A program made the position numbers and the translations under genes. Below the pieces are notes generated by a model. It was not told where the DNA came from. It saw nothing but the letters and a program-made list of their open reading frames with translations, and did no database searches. Shown here in pieces: positions 18,048-26,778 of a stretch of DNA of 36,062 nucleotides. Numbering within the stretch: position 1 is the first letter of the stretch; each line of letters starts with the position of its first letter. Location: positions 1 to 36,062 of the forward strand of contig JASLXV010000100.1 in assembly GCA_030740155.1 (NCBI GenBank), in the 5' to 3' direction. Origin of the DNA: Dehalococcoidia bacterium (GTDB lineage: Bacteria > Chloroflexota > Dehalococcoidia > Lucifugimonadales > UBA3495).

Positions 18048-18077
18048 TTGACACCAATTTGAACGCGGTGCTAGACT
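18048..18077 (+). promoter_or_regulatory. Sigma70-type promoter for nadK-nudix
   Basis: TTGACA (18048-18053), 18-nt spacer ending TGc, TAGACT (18072-18077). Confidence 0.6.
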
Positions 18078-18146
18078 GCCCCTGCTTCGCAGCCGGCGGC
18101 TCATGGGCTAAGTGATGAACGCAGCTGGCTGGCCGCTCGTACCAAA

Positions 18147-19016
18147 ATGAAAAACATCGGCATAATCTACAACGCCGGAATTCCCGAAGCCCAGGAACTG
18201 GCTACAACTATCCTGAAAAAGCTGGCCGTGCCGGGCGAAAGCTGGATGTCGCCGGCGGAGAACCTGGAAACCCTCCGCGAGCGGGCTGCTCAGACCGGAC
18301 TGGTGATCACCGTTGGCGGTGACGGCACCATCTTGAGGGCCGCGCAGGTGACGGCTCCCAGCGCGATTCCCGTGGTCGGGATCAACATGGGCCGGCTGGG
18401 GTTCATGACGGAACTCCGGGTGCATGAGGCCCTGGAAAAACTGCCCCTCTACTTCAGCGGGACCCACCGGGTCGAAGAGCGCAATATGCTCCAGGCCGAG
18501 GTGTTCAAGGCCGGCGATGGCTCCGGTCCCACGGTCGAGGGGCCGTTCCACGCCCTCAACGACGCGGTCATGGCCCGAGGCGTGGCCTCCCGGTTGGTGA
18601 CCATCTCCGTCCACATCGATGGGGCCCAATTGACCACCTTTCGCGCCGACGCCATCATCTTCTCTACCGCCACGGGCAGCACCGGGTACAGCTTGGCCGC
18701 CGGTGGACCCATTCTCGATCCTGCATCGGAGTCGCTGATACTGAAACCGGTGGCCGCCCACCTGGGCCTTTCCGCGGGGCTGGTGTTGGCTCCCACGGTG
18801 AAGGTGACCCTTACCCTGGAGGGACGCCAACAGGCCATTCTGAGCGTCGACGGATACGTAGAGTATCCTCTGGAACCCGGCGGCTGGGTAGAGCTGAAGC
18901 AGAGTCCCTACAAAGCCAGGTTCCTTCGCGCTAATCCGCCCAGCTATTTCTACGGGACGCTACGTCGCCGGCTCGGCTTGGGTGTCAGCGGGCAGGAAGG
19001 GATGCCGGCCCGATGA
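18147..19016 (+). CDS. nadK: NAD(+) kinase
   Basis: VGGDGTILRA, GINMGRLGFM, ALNDAV, STATGSTGYSLAAGGPI. Confidence 0.96.
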   Translation: MKNIGIIYNAGIPEAQELATTILKKLAVPGESWMSPAENLETLRERAAQTGLVITVGGDGTILRAAQVTAPSAIPVVGINMGRLGFMTELRVHEALEKLPLYFSGTHRVEERNMLQAEVFKAGDGSGPTVEGPFHALNDAVMARGVASRLVTISVHIDGAQLTTFRADAIIFSTATGSTGYSLAAGGPILDPASESLILKPVAAHLGLSAGLVLAPTVKVTLTLEGRQQAILSVDGYVEYPLEPGGWVELKQSPYKARFLRANPPSYFYGTLRRRLGLGVSGQEGMPAR

Positions 19017-19558
19017 CAGATGCCCAATCTGAACCCACCATGGAGACCCGGCGCCTGTATGAGGGGAAAATCCTCAACCTCCGAGTGGACACGGTCCGGA
19101 TGCCTAACGGCCACGCGGCGACCAGGGAGATCGTAGAACACTGTCCGGCCGTTTGCATCGTACCCGTAGACTGTCATGGCAACGTGCTGCTGGTTCGGCA
19201 ATACCGGAAGCCCGCCGAAGCCGAGCTGCTAGAAGTACCCGCCGGCGGCATGGATGACGGTGAGACGCCCGAGGAGGCGGCACTTCGGGAGCTTCAGGAG
19301 GAGATCGGTTTTACCGCCGGCACGTTGCGTCATCTGTCCAGGTTCTGGGTGGCACCCGGCTGGTGCACCGAGTTGCTCCACGGCTACCTGGCGACGGACT
19401 TGAGACCGTCGAGGCTTGCGCCCGACGAGGATGAAAACATCACGGTGGTACCGGTTCCCCTGGACCGCATTCCAGGGATGATAGAGAACGGCGAGATTCA
19501 GGATATGAAGAGTATCGCCTGCCTGCTGCTGGCCCTTCCCTTCACGGGCAACGAGTGA
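19013..19558 (+). CDS. nudF: Nudix hydrolase, ADP-ribose pyrophosphatase-like
   Basis: Nudix box GGMDDGETPEEAALRELQEEIG, plus REIVEH, LVRQYR and DEDE; ATGA overlap with nadK. Confidence 0.88.
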   Translation: MTDAQSEPTMETRRLYEGKILNLRVDTVRMPNGHAATREIVEHCPAVCIVPVDCHGNVLLVRQYRKPAEAELLEVPAGGMDDGETPEEAALRELQEEIGFTAGTLRHLSRFWVAPGWCTELLHGYLATDLRPSRLAPDEDENITVVPVPLDRIPGMIENGEIQDMKSIACLLLALPFTGNE

Positions 19559-19703
19559 GGCCGGCCCCGAGGCGCCGGGGATCAGCCTGGGTTCAGGTAG
19601 AAAGGGCGCACCGTTTTTGTTATATTGATGGGCAGAGTGACTGAGTCTGCAATCTTGTGAGCCGGCCTGCCTCGGCGGCTGGCAGTTCGAGGAAGGTTCA
19701 TCC

Positions 19704-21383
19704 ATGCTGGAGCACGATGTCTTGGTTGTTGGAGCCGGCCTGGCGGGCATGCGCGCGGCCATCGCGGCGCGAGACAATGGCGCCAACGTCGCAATCATCA
19801 GCAAAGTCCATCCGGTGCGCAGCCACTCTAACGCGGCCCAGGGCGGGATCAACGCCGCGCTCACCGATCGCGGAGACGACTGGAAGGACCACGCCTACGA
19901 CACGGTGAAAGGTAGCGATTTCCTGGGTGACCAGGACGCCATCGAGGTCATGTGCCAGGCGGCGGGTAAGGCCTTGATCGACATGGAGCACATGGGCGTG
20001 ACCTTCAACCGCGACGATGAAGGCCACCTGGGCACCAGGGCTTTCGGGGGCCAACGGAAGGCGAGGACCTTCTTCGTTGGCGACTTCACCGGCCAGGCAA
20101 TGCTCCACGTCATGTTCGAGCAGCTGGTTAAATCCGGGATCCGCAGCTACGAGGAGTGGTTTGTTACCGGTCTGATCCGGGAGGGCGGACAGATCTGCGG
20201 CGTGACGGCCATCGAGTTCCGCACCGGACAGGTTTACGCGATTCGAGCCAAGACCGTCATTTTCTGCACCGGCGGGCTGGGCCGCGTATTCGAGCCGAGC
20301 ACCAACGCTTTGATCGTCACCGGCGACGGCATCGCCTTGGCCTACAACGCCGGCGCCCGCTTGATGGACATGGAAATGGTCCAATACCACCCGACGACCT
20401 TGACGGGCAGCGGGGTGCTGATCTCCGAAGCGGCCCGTGGTGAGGGCGCCTACCTTCTGGACAAGAACGGCGACCGGTTCATGGAGAAGTACGCACCCAA
20501 TTATATGGAGCTGGCCTCTCGGGACGTGGTCTCCCGGGCCGAGCAGACCGAGATCAACGCCGGCAACGGCATCAACGGTTGCGTCCTCCTAGACTGCCGC
20601 CACCTCGGTGAGGCCCTGATCATGGAGAAACTCAGCCAGATTCGCGAGATCGGGATCGACCTGATCGGGAAAGACATGATCAAGGAGCCGATCCCCATCC
20701 AGCCCGGGATGCACTACATAATGGGCGGCATCAAGACCGATGTCGACGGCCAGACCAACATACCCGGAGTGTACGCGGCCGGCGAGTGCGCCTGCGTCAG
20801 CGTCCACGGCGGCAACCGATTGGGGGCCAACTCTTTACTGGACACTATCGTGTTCGGCGAACGCTCCGGCACCCACGCCGCCGCGGCTACCAAGGACATG
20901 GAGTACGTCAATTTCGACGTGGACGCGGTGGTGAAACGGGAGCAAGAACGTCTCCAGAGCATGCTGGACCGGCCTCAAAACGGCGACCGGGTAGCCTCGG
21001 TTCGGCTGGGCCTCGGGCAATCGATGAACAAGAACTTGGCGGTTTACCGGGACCAGGCCGGTATGGAGGAGACCCTGCGGGACTTGGTGGGGCTCAGGGA
21101 GCGCTACGCCACCGTGCCGGTGGACAACAAAGGCCGCGTTTTCAACACCGATCTGGTGTTCGCTCTTGAGTTGGGCTTCTTGTTGGATTGCGGCGAGGCC
21201 CTCGCGCTCAGCGCCCTGGACCGGAAGGACAGCCGGGGCGCCCAGTCTCGCACCGACTACCCCGACCGGGACGACGAGAACTGGATGAAGCACATTGTGG
21301 TGACCAAGAGCGAGGGAGGACCGGAGATCTCCTATCTGCCGGTATCCATCACCCAATGGACACCCGAAGAGAGGAAGTACTAA
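19704..21383 (+). CDS. sdhA: Succinate dehydrogenase/fumarate reductase flavoprotein subunit
   Basis: VVGAGLAG, RSHSNAAQGG (covalent FAD His), QYHPT, LISEAARGEG, HYIMGG and SVHGGNRLGANSL; no Tat signal. Confidence 0.96.
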   Translation: MLEHDVLVVGAGLAGMRAAIAARDNGANVAIISKVHPVRSHSNAAQGGINAALTDRGDDWKDHAYDTVKGSDFLGDQDAIEVMCQAAGKALIDMEHMGVTFNRDDEGHLGTRAFGGQRKARTFFVGDFTGQAMLHVMFEQLVKSGIRSYEEWFVTGLIREGGQICGVTAIEFRTGQVYAIRAKTVIFCTGGLGRVFEPSTNALIVTGDGIALAYNAGARLMDMEMVQYHPTTLTGSGVLISEAARGEGAYLLDKNGDRFMEKYAPNYMELASRDVVSRAEQTEINAGNGINGCVLLDCRHLGEALIMEKLSQIREIGIDLIGKDMIKEPIPIQPGMHYIMGGIKTDVDGQTNIPGVYAAGECACVSVHGGNRLGANSLLDTIVFGERSGTHAAAATKDMEYVNFDVDAVVKREQERLQSMLDRPQNGDRVASVRLGLGQSMNKNLAVYRDQAGMEETLRDLVGLRERYATVPVDNKGRVFNTDLVFALELGFLLDCGEALALSALDRKDSRGAQSRTDYPDRDDENWMKHIVVTKSEGGPEISYLPVSITQWTPEERKY

Positions 21384-21386
21384 CCC

Positions 21387-22358
21387 ATGGACGTCACAAT
21401 CAAGGTACGACGCTACGACCCTGAAGCCGAAAACCCGGAAGCCTACTGGCAAGAGTTCACCGTAGCCGCCGAGGATAAGTCCACGGTCCTGGACGCCTTG
21501 ATCAAGATTCGGGAGGACATGGACGGCACGTTGAGCCTTCGTTGCTCCTGCCGAAGCTCCATCTGCGGCTCCTGCGCCGTGCGGGTCAACGGCCAGGCCC
21601 GCCTGGCCTGCAAGACCCAAGTTAGCGAGGTCTCCGGCCCGGACAACGCCATCGTCGTGGAGCCGGCGGGGAACATGGGGACCATCAAAGACCTGGTGGT
21701 TGACTTTGGGACATTCTGGGACAAGATCGTTGCCATCGAGCCCTATCTCCAGCCCCAGGGCCCCGAACCGGAAGGCGAGTACCTTGCCTCAAATGAGTCC
21801 ATGCTGCACCTCTCCGCGGTAACCGCCTGCATCATGTGCGGCTGCTGCGTTTCCGATTGCACGGTTCTTGAGGTCGACCCCACGTTCCTGGGCCCGGCGG
21901 CACTGGCCAAGGCCTACCGGTTCACCGCCGACCCCAGGGATGGCGACGCCGGCGGGGTTTCCAAGGAACGCCTGGAAAAGCTGGGCCAGGTCACCGGCAT
22001 GTGGGACTGCACCCGTTGCGCCGAGTGCGTCGAGGTGTGCCCGAAGGGAATCGCCCCCATGGAGCGCATCATGGCCCTTCGGGAGCAGGCGATGGCCGCC
22101 GGCTTCAACAATTGCAACGGCGCCCGTCACGCCGAGGTATTCGTGGACTTGGTGGCCCATAGCGGCCGGCTGGACGAACTCCGACTGCCGGTCAAGACGG
22201 TGGGAATCACCAACATTCCAGCGTTGATGGGCTTCCTCCCGGTTGGGATCCGGGCTTTCACCCACGGGAAGATGCCGCCCATTATCCACAAGAAGATCGA
22301 AGGCGCCCACAACGTCCAAAAGCTCGTAGAGAAACTGGAAAAGCCCGAGAAGGTATAA
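21387..22358 (+). CDS. sdhB: Succinate dehydrogenase/fumarate reductase Fe-S subunit (long form)
   Basis: SCRSSICGSC...LAC (2Fe-2S), CIMCGCCVSDC and CTRCAECVEVCP; C-terminal extension. Confidence 0.95.
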   Translation: MDVTIKVRRYDPEAENPEAYWQEFTVAAEDKSTVLDALIKIREDMDGTLSLRCSCRSSICGSCAVRVNGQARLACKTQVSEVSGPDNAIVVEPAGNMGTIKDLVVDFGTFWDKIVAIEPYLQPQGPEPEGEYLASNESMLHLSAVTACIMCGCCVSDCTVLEVDPTFLGPAALAKAYRFTADPRDGDAGGVSKERLEKLGQVTGMWDCTRCAECVEVCPKGIAPMERIMALREQAMAAGFNNCNGARHAEVFVDLVAHSGRLDELRLPVKTVGITNIPALMGFLPVGIRAFTHGKMPPIIHKKIEGAHNVQKLVEKLEKPEKV

Positions 22359-22381
22359 CCGGAGGTAAACTCCGGTTATAC
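22353..22381. terminator. Perfect 12-bp hairpin at the sdhB stop (terminator or mRNA stability element)
   Basis: gtataaccggag-gtaaa-ctccggttatac; no clear U-tract on the + strand. Confidence 0.45.
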
Positions 22382-22420
22382 AAACCATCTGATGCACTGA
22401 ACCCTTCCCACACTCCCGGT

Positions 22421-22441
22421 CCTTCTCCCTGAGGGAGAAGG
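22421..22441. repeat. REP-like palindrome
   Basis: ccttctccc-tga-gggagaagg, flanked by C-rich and G-rich arms. Confidence 0.6.
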
Positions 22442-22498
22442 GTGGCCAAAGGCCGGGGTGGGGCCAAATAGGCTAATTAACGGACCCGGAGGCCCAAG

Positions 22499-23383
22499 TT
22501 GAAGTACGCTTACTTCCCAGGTTGTGTAGCCCAAGGCGGTTGCCCGGAACTGAACATGGCCACCAAGCTGATCTGCCAAAAGCTCGGCATCGAGATTCAG
22601 GTGATGCCCGGCGCTTCGTGCACCGGAGCCGGCGTCCTGCAGGAAAAGAACGAGGTCCTGGGCGACTCTCTCAACGCTAGGACCTTCGCCATGGCGGAGA
22701 ACCTGGGCCTGCCCATCATGACCATCTGCAGCACCTGCCAGGGGGTGATGAGCCAGGCCAACCGGCGCATGAAAGCGAGCCCGGAGTATCTGGCTCGAAT
22801 CAACTCGTACCTGGCTGAAGAGGGCCTGGAATACAAGGGGACCGCCGAGCCCAAGCACCTGCTCTGGATACTTATCGAGGACTACGGTCTAGACAAGCTG
22901 GTGCAGCAGATAACCCGGCCCCTGGGAGGGGTGAGGGTTGCACCTTTCTACGGTTGTTACCTGGTGCGTCCCGCCGATGCGCTGGACATGGAAGAGCACC
23001 CGGAGCGGCAGACCGCCCTGGAAACGCTGATCGAGACGGTGGGAGCCACGGTGGTGGACTACGCCGGCAAGACCCGTTGTTGCGGTTTCCCCATCCTAAC
23101 CATCAACGAGAAGAACTCCCTGGCGATGGTGGCCAAGCATACCGCCGACGTCAAGGACCTGGGTGCAGACGCGATGGTGACACCATGCCCCCTATGCCAT
23201 CTGAACCTGGACGGCTTCCAACCGAAGGCCGCCGCTCAGGCCCAACGGAAGATCGACATACCCATCCTGCACCTGTCCCAGGTGATCGGGCTTGCCATGG
23301 GCATCAGTTCCAGTGACCTGGGCCTGCGGAAGCACATAATGACCGCCAAGCCCCTCATCACGAAGCTGGCGGTGGCGAAGTAG
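22499..23383 (+). CDS. HdrB-like CCG-domain protein (SdhE-type third subunit of a non-classical SDH)
   Basis: YAYFPGC..SCTG..TICSTC and PFYGC..RCCG..TPCPLC (two CCG domains). TTG start after GGAGG; directly follows sdhAB. Confidence 0.9.
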   Translation: MKYAYFPGCVAQGGCPELNMATKLICQKLGIEIQVMPGASCTGAGVLQEKNEVLGDSLNARTFAMAENLGLPIMTICSTCQGVMSQANRRMKASPEYLARINSYLAEEGLEYKGTAEPKHLLWILIEDYGLDKLVQQITRPLGGVRVAPFYGCYLVRPADALDMEEHPERQTALETLIETVGATVVDYAGKTRCCGFPILTINEKNSLAMVAKHTADVKDLGADAMVTPCPLCHLNLDGFQPKAAAQAQRKIDIPILHLSQVIGLAMGISSSDLGLRKHIMTAKPLITKLAVAK

Positions 23384-23388
23384 CGGCG

Positions 23389-23510
23389 CTCAGTCAACCA
23401 AACACCGTTGATTGTCATTCTGAGCGAAGCGAAGAATCTCGTTGTTACGCTGAGATTCTTCGTCGCTTCGCTCCTCAGAATGACATCCGGTCAAAATCAA
23501 GTTGACTGAG
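23389..23510. repeat. MITE-like nested palindrome between convergent genes
   Basis: Outer inverted repeat ctcagtcaac/gttgactgag. Inner hairpin tgtcattctgagcgaagcgaagaatctc...gagattcttcgtcgcttcgctcctcagaatgaca (23413-23485). Confidence 0.8.
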
Positions 23511-23513
23511 TAA

Positions 23514-24806
23514 CTAGTCCTGTAGCGTCGAGATTACTTCCCGGAAAGCCGCAATGGTCTTGTCGACATCTTCGCCGGTGTGGACCGCGGAGGGGTAGAA
23601 CTTCGGGGCGCCCTTCAGAATCCCCTGTTCCAACAGCCCGGCGTTGAACCGGTTGAACATCCCGGCATCTCCCGCGAGCCCGTCCCGGTAGTTGAAGACC
23701 GGCTGCCCGGTGAAGTACACGTCAAAGACGGAATCCTCACCGCAGACCTGGACGCCAATCCCGTTCTCGGCGCAGATATCCACCAGGGCCCGGCGCAACC
23801 GGGCGCCGGCGGCGCGCAACCCTTCATAGGCGCCTGGTTTACGCAATTCAGCGAGGGTGGCCAGCCCGGCGGCGCAAGCAATGGGATTGCCGTTGAGGGT
23901 GCCAATCTGGTTGACATAACTATCGGCAGCGGCGATGCTCCGGTGATAGACGGACAGAATGTCGCCCCGGCCCAGCACCGCCGCCAGGGGGTAGCCTCCG
24001 CCCATTATCTTGCCCATGCAGCACAAGTCTGGAATTACCCCATAGTGTTCCTGGGCGCCGCCGTAAGCCAGGCGGAGGCCGGTCACCACCTCGTCGAAAA
24101 TCAGCGGGATATCGTGCTGGGCCGTGACCTGGCGCAACCCTTGAAGGAACCCCGGCTGGGGCGCCAGCATCCGCTGTAAAGGTTCCACGATAACCGCGGC
24201 CAACTCGTCGTGATGGGCCTCGATGATGGCCGATGTGGTGTCCAGGTCATTAAAAGGGGCGATTAGCATCAACTCTTGGACGGCCTTGGGGATGCCGCCG
24301 CTACTGGGCGATGCCTGGGGAAATTCTTCCCCGGCCGACGGGGTGACGCTCATCATGGCGTAGTCGCTGGTGCCGTGGAAGCCACCCTCGAACTTCAGCA
24401 CCTTTTCCCGTTTCCGGTAGGACCGGGCCGCCCGCATGGCCTGGAAGCAGGCGTCGGTGCCGCTGGTGGTGAACCGGATCTGCTCGGCGCAGGGGACGGC
24501 TTCAACCAGCTCCTCGGCCAGCAGCACCGCTCGCTCGTTGGTGGTGAAGAAGGTGCTCCCCTGCTCCACCGCTTTCATCACCGCTTCGACCACGGCGGGA
24601 TGAGCGTGGCCCAGGATCATGGGGCCCGAGCCCATTAACCAATCGACGTACTCGTTGCCGCTGACATCCCAGATACGGGAGCCCCGTCCTTCCTTGACCA
24701 GGAAGTCGAGGTCGCCCTGGAGCGAGAGGTTGCCGAGATTGCCTCCGGGCAGATACCGGGCCGCCTTTGCCAGTAGCGCCCGTTCCAGCGATGTCCGCTT
24801 GAGCAT
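23514..24806 (-). CDS. Class III PLP aminotransferase, glutamate-1-semialdehyde aminomutase-like
   Basis: GSRIWDVSGNEYVD, GPMILGHAHP, KFEGGFHG, LIFDEVVTGLR, MGKIMGGGYP (PLP Lys), GTLNGNP. Divergent from canonical HemL, so the substrate is uncertain. Confidence 0.88.
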   Translation of the reverse strand: MLKRTSLERALLAKAARYLPGGNLGNLSLQGDLDFLVKEGRGSRIWDVSGNEYVDWLMGSGPMILGHAHPAVVEAVMKAVEQGSTFFTTNERAVLLAEELVEAVPCAEQIRFTTSGTDACFQAMRAARSYRKREKVLKFEGGFHGTSDYAMMSVTPSAGEEFPQASPSSGGIPKAVQELMLIAPFNDLDTTSAIIEAHHDELAAVIVEPLQRMLAPQPGFLQGLRQVTAQHDIPLIFDEVVTGLRLAYGGAQEHYGVIPDLCCMGKIMGGGYPLAAVLGRGDILSVYHRSIAAADSYVNQIGTLNGNPIACAAGLATLAELRKPGAYEGLRAAGARLRRALVDICAENGIGVQVCGEDSVFDVYFTGQPVFNYRDGLAGDAGMFNRFNAGLLEQGILKGAPKFYPSAVHTGEDVDKTIAAFREVISTLQD

Positions 24807-24929
24807 TTGCTCGACTCCCTTCTTCTTGTTAAGGAATCCCTGCCACTGACGCGGGCGGCTTCAAGAACCTATCTGATACTCGGGCCGGACCAGCATACCG
24901 AGAAGCAAGAAACGATGTTGCGATGCTGC

Positions 24930-24997
24930 CCCACTCTAACTCTCCCCTTCACCAACGGGGAGGGGACCAGTTGCTTCCTCTTACGAAGGGGAAGGCC
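24930..24997. repeat. REP-like palindrome pair
   Basis: cccactctaactctccccttcaccaacggggagggg...cttcctcttacgaaggggaagg...ggggg; same family as 5501-5563. Confidence 0.6.
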
Positions 24998-25043
24998 AAG
25001 ACGGGGGCGCCGGGCGGTCCGTCGACACCAAGTCGACGCTGGA

Positions 25044-25988
25044 CTACCCTGCCTCGGCCCTGGCCTTTCGCATCACGTCGACCAACTCCTGAACGCTGGC
25101 CGCGGAGCTTTGCAGCGCGGTCTTTTCCGCATCGGTGAGGCCGACCTCGATGACTTTTTCCATGCCTCCGGCTCCCAGCTTCACCGGGACGCCCACGCAG
25201 AGGCCATTGATTCCGTACTCCCCTTCCAGGTAGGCGCAGCAGGGAAGGATGCGCTTCTTGTCTAACAGCACAGCCTCAACCATCTGAGTGATAGCCGCGG
25301 AGGGAGCGTAGTAGGCGCTTCCGGCCTTGAGCAGGGCAACGATCTCACCGCCGCCGCCTCGGGTGCGCTTCACCAACTGGTCGATTGTCTCCTGGGACAT
25401 CAACTCGCTGATGGGGATGCCGCCCGCCGAAGTGTACCGGACCAGGGGCACCATGTCGTCCCCGTGGCCGCCCAACACCAGGGCCTGCACGTCCTCCACG
25501 GAAACGTCCAGCTCCTGGGCGATGAAGGTGCGGAAACGGGCCGTGTCCAGTATCCCGGCCATCCCGAACACCCGGTTGCGGGGAAACCCGCTGGCCTCGA
25601 ACACGTTCTGCACCATGGCATCCAGGGGGTTGGTCACCGCGATGATGATGCAGTTGGGCGAGTATTTGACCACATCTGCCGTGACCGACGCCGTAATCTT
25701 CATGTTGGTCAGGAGCAGGTCATCCCGGCTCATGCCGGGCTTGCGGGCGATACCGGCGGTGATGACGACCACATCGGAGTCGGCAGACTCAGCGTAGCCA
25801 TTGCTGCCGGTGATGCTGGCGTCGGTGCCCAGCACCGGCCCGGACTCCAACATGTCCAACGCTTTGCCCTGGGGAAGGTCCTCGACGACGTCAACCAGCA
25901 GCACGTCTGCGATTCCCAACTGATGAATCCTCTGGGCGGCCGTGGCGCCCACGTTGCCAGCCCCGATTACCGTTACCTTACTGCGCAT
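25044..25988 (-). CDS. mdh: Malate dehydrogenase (LDH-like)
   Basis: [62 protein letters not shown]. Confidence 0.97.
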   Translation of the reverse strand: MRSKVTVIGAGNVGATAAQRIHQLGIADVLLVDVVEDLPQGKALDMLESGPVLGTDASITGSNGYAESADSDVVVITAGIARKPGMSRDDLLLTNMKITASVTADVVKYSPNCIIIAVTNPLDAMVQNVFEASGFPRNRVFGMAGILDTARFRTFIAQELDVSVEDVQALVLGGHGDDMVPLVRYTSAGGIPISELMSQETIDQLVKRTRGGGGEIVALLKAGSAYYAPSAAITQMVEAVLLDKKRILPCCAYLEGEYGINGLCVGVPVKLGAGGMEKVIEVGLTDAEKTALQSSAASVQELVDVMRKARAEAG

Positions 25989-26015
25989 ATGCCGATCATT
26001 CCTCCGTATTGTTTA

Positions 26016-26159
26016 GCGTTCAGCTATCAGCACCCAGCTGTCAGCGTCGTGAAATAGGCCAATATGTCACAGACCGAGCCACATGACCACAGTACCCGAT
26101 CCACGAGTCATACGCGGCCCTTACCCTCAAGTCGAAGGCTGGAACTGAAAGCTGATGGC
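26016..26159. repeat. Inverted heptamer arrays upstream of mdh
   Basis: gcgttca gctatca gcaccca gctgtca gc (26016-26045) and gctgga actgaaa gctgatg gc (26138-26159). Confidence 0.65.
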
Positions 26160-26439
26160 GTGCCGCTGACGAGCCTCGCCTTATGAGGCGTGGACGAATA
26201 TCTCCCACTTGATTCCACGTTGGAGTCTTCCACCGTTTCCATCAAGTATTTGCCGAACTCGGCGCCGGTGTCGCGGCCGTTAAATGCGACTTCGGGCCGC
26301 CATTCGCAAGACTGCTGTAACACCGTCGGGCTGCCTCCGGCGTCTTTCCCGACTTGCACGGCAGGCATGGTGCGGCTCGTATTGCCAGAGGAATTGACGT
26401 TGCCAGATGGAGCCGCCAGGTCGATTTGGAGCCGGGATT

Positions 26440-26445
26440 ATTATA
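26440..26445 (-). promoter_or_regulatory. -10 element, probable mdh-direction promoter
   Basis: Perfect TATAAT on the minus strand in otherwise GC-rich DNA; no clear -35. Confidence 0.45.
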
Positions 26446-26683
26446 CATCCCCTGCCCTCCGGGCGGTAGCCCCGGTGCTCGTCCGGCGCACACGAGACAC
26501 CCCGGCCGTTGATGATCGAGGTCTAGTGACCCGCCCCTGAAGCCACATTGGCAGACCGCCTGATTCTTGCCCTTGTGGGCCTGACATAACAAGTGGTACA
26601 AAGACCGAGGGCCGGTCGCAGCAATAGTCAGAATTCACGGTCAGGATTAGGTGCGGGACTAGGCAATGTCAATTTAGCTGGCT

Positions 26684-26689
26684 TATAAT
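26684..26689 (+). promoter_or_regulatory. -10 element for icd
   Basis: TATAAT about 90 nt upstream of the icd ATG; AAGGAG RBS at 26767-26772. Confidence 0.5.
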
Positions 26690-26778
26690 CGGCATTGATT
26701 CATGTGGCCGGGACTATCGTTAATCCTCCCTTTGCAACTCGTAGCAGCCCGTGAAACTTATTTGTTAAGGAGAAGAAT

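Noticed and set aside
23514..24806. Naming the aminotransferase hemL
   Set aside because: The N-terminal substrate region diverges from canonical HemL (no NSPVRA-type motif) and no hem genes are nearby, so it was left at family level.
24807..25043. ORFs 24807..25265 and 24923..25138
   Set aside because: They are translations of a REP-like repeat and of the antisense strand of mdh.
26108..26368. 86-aa ORF with AEFGKYLME, reminiscent of a dimeric IDH C-terminus
   Set aside because: The similarity covers only a few residues, there is no RBS, and the ORF runs into heptamer repeats.
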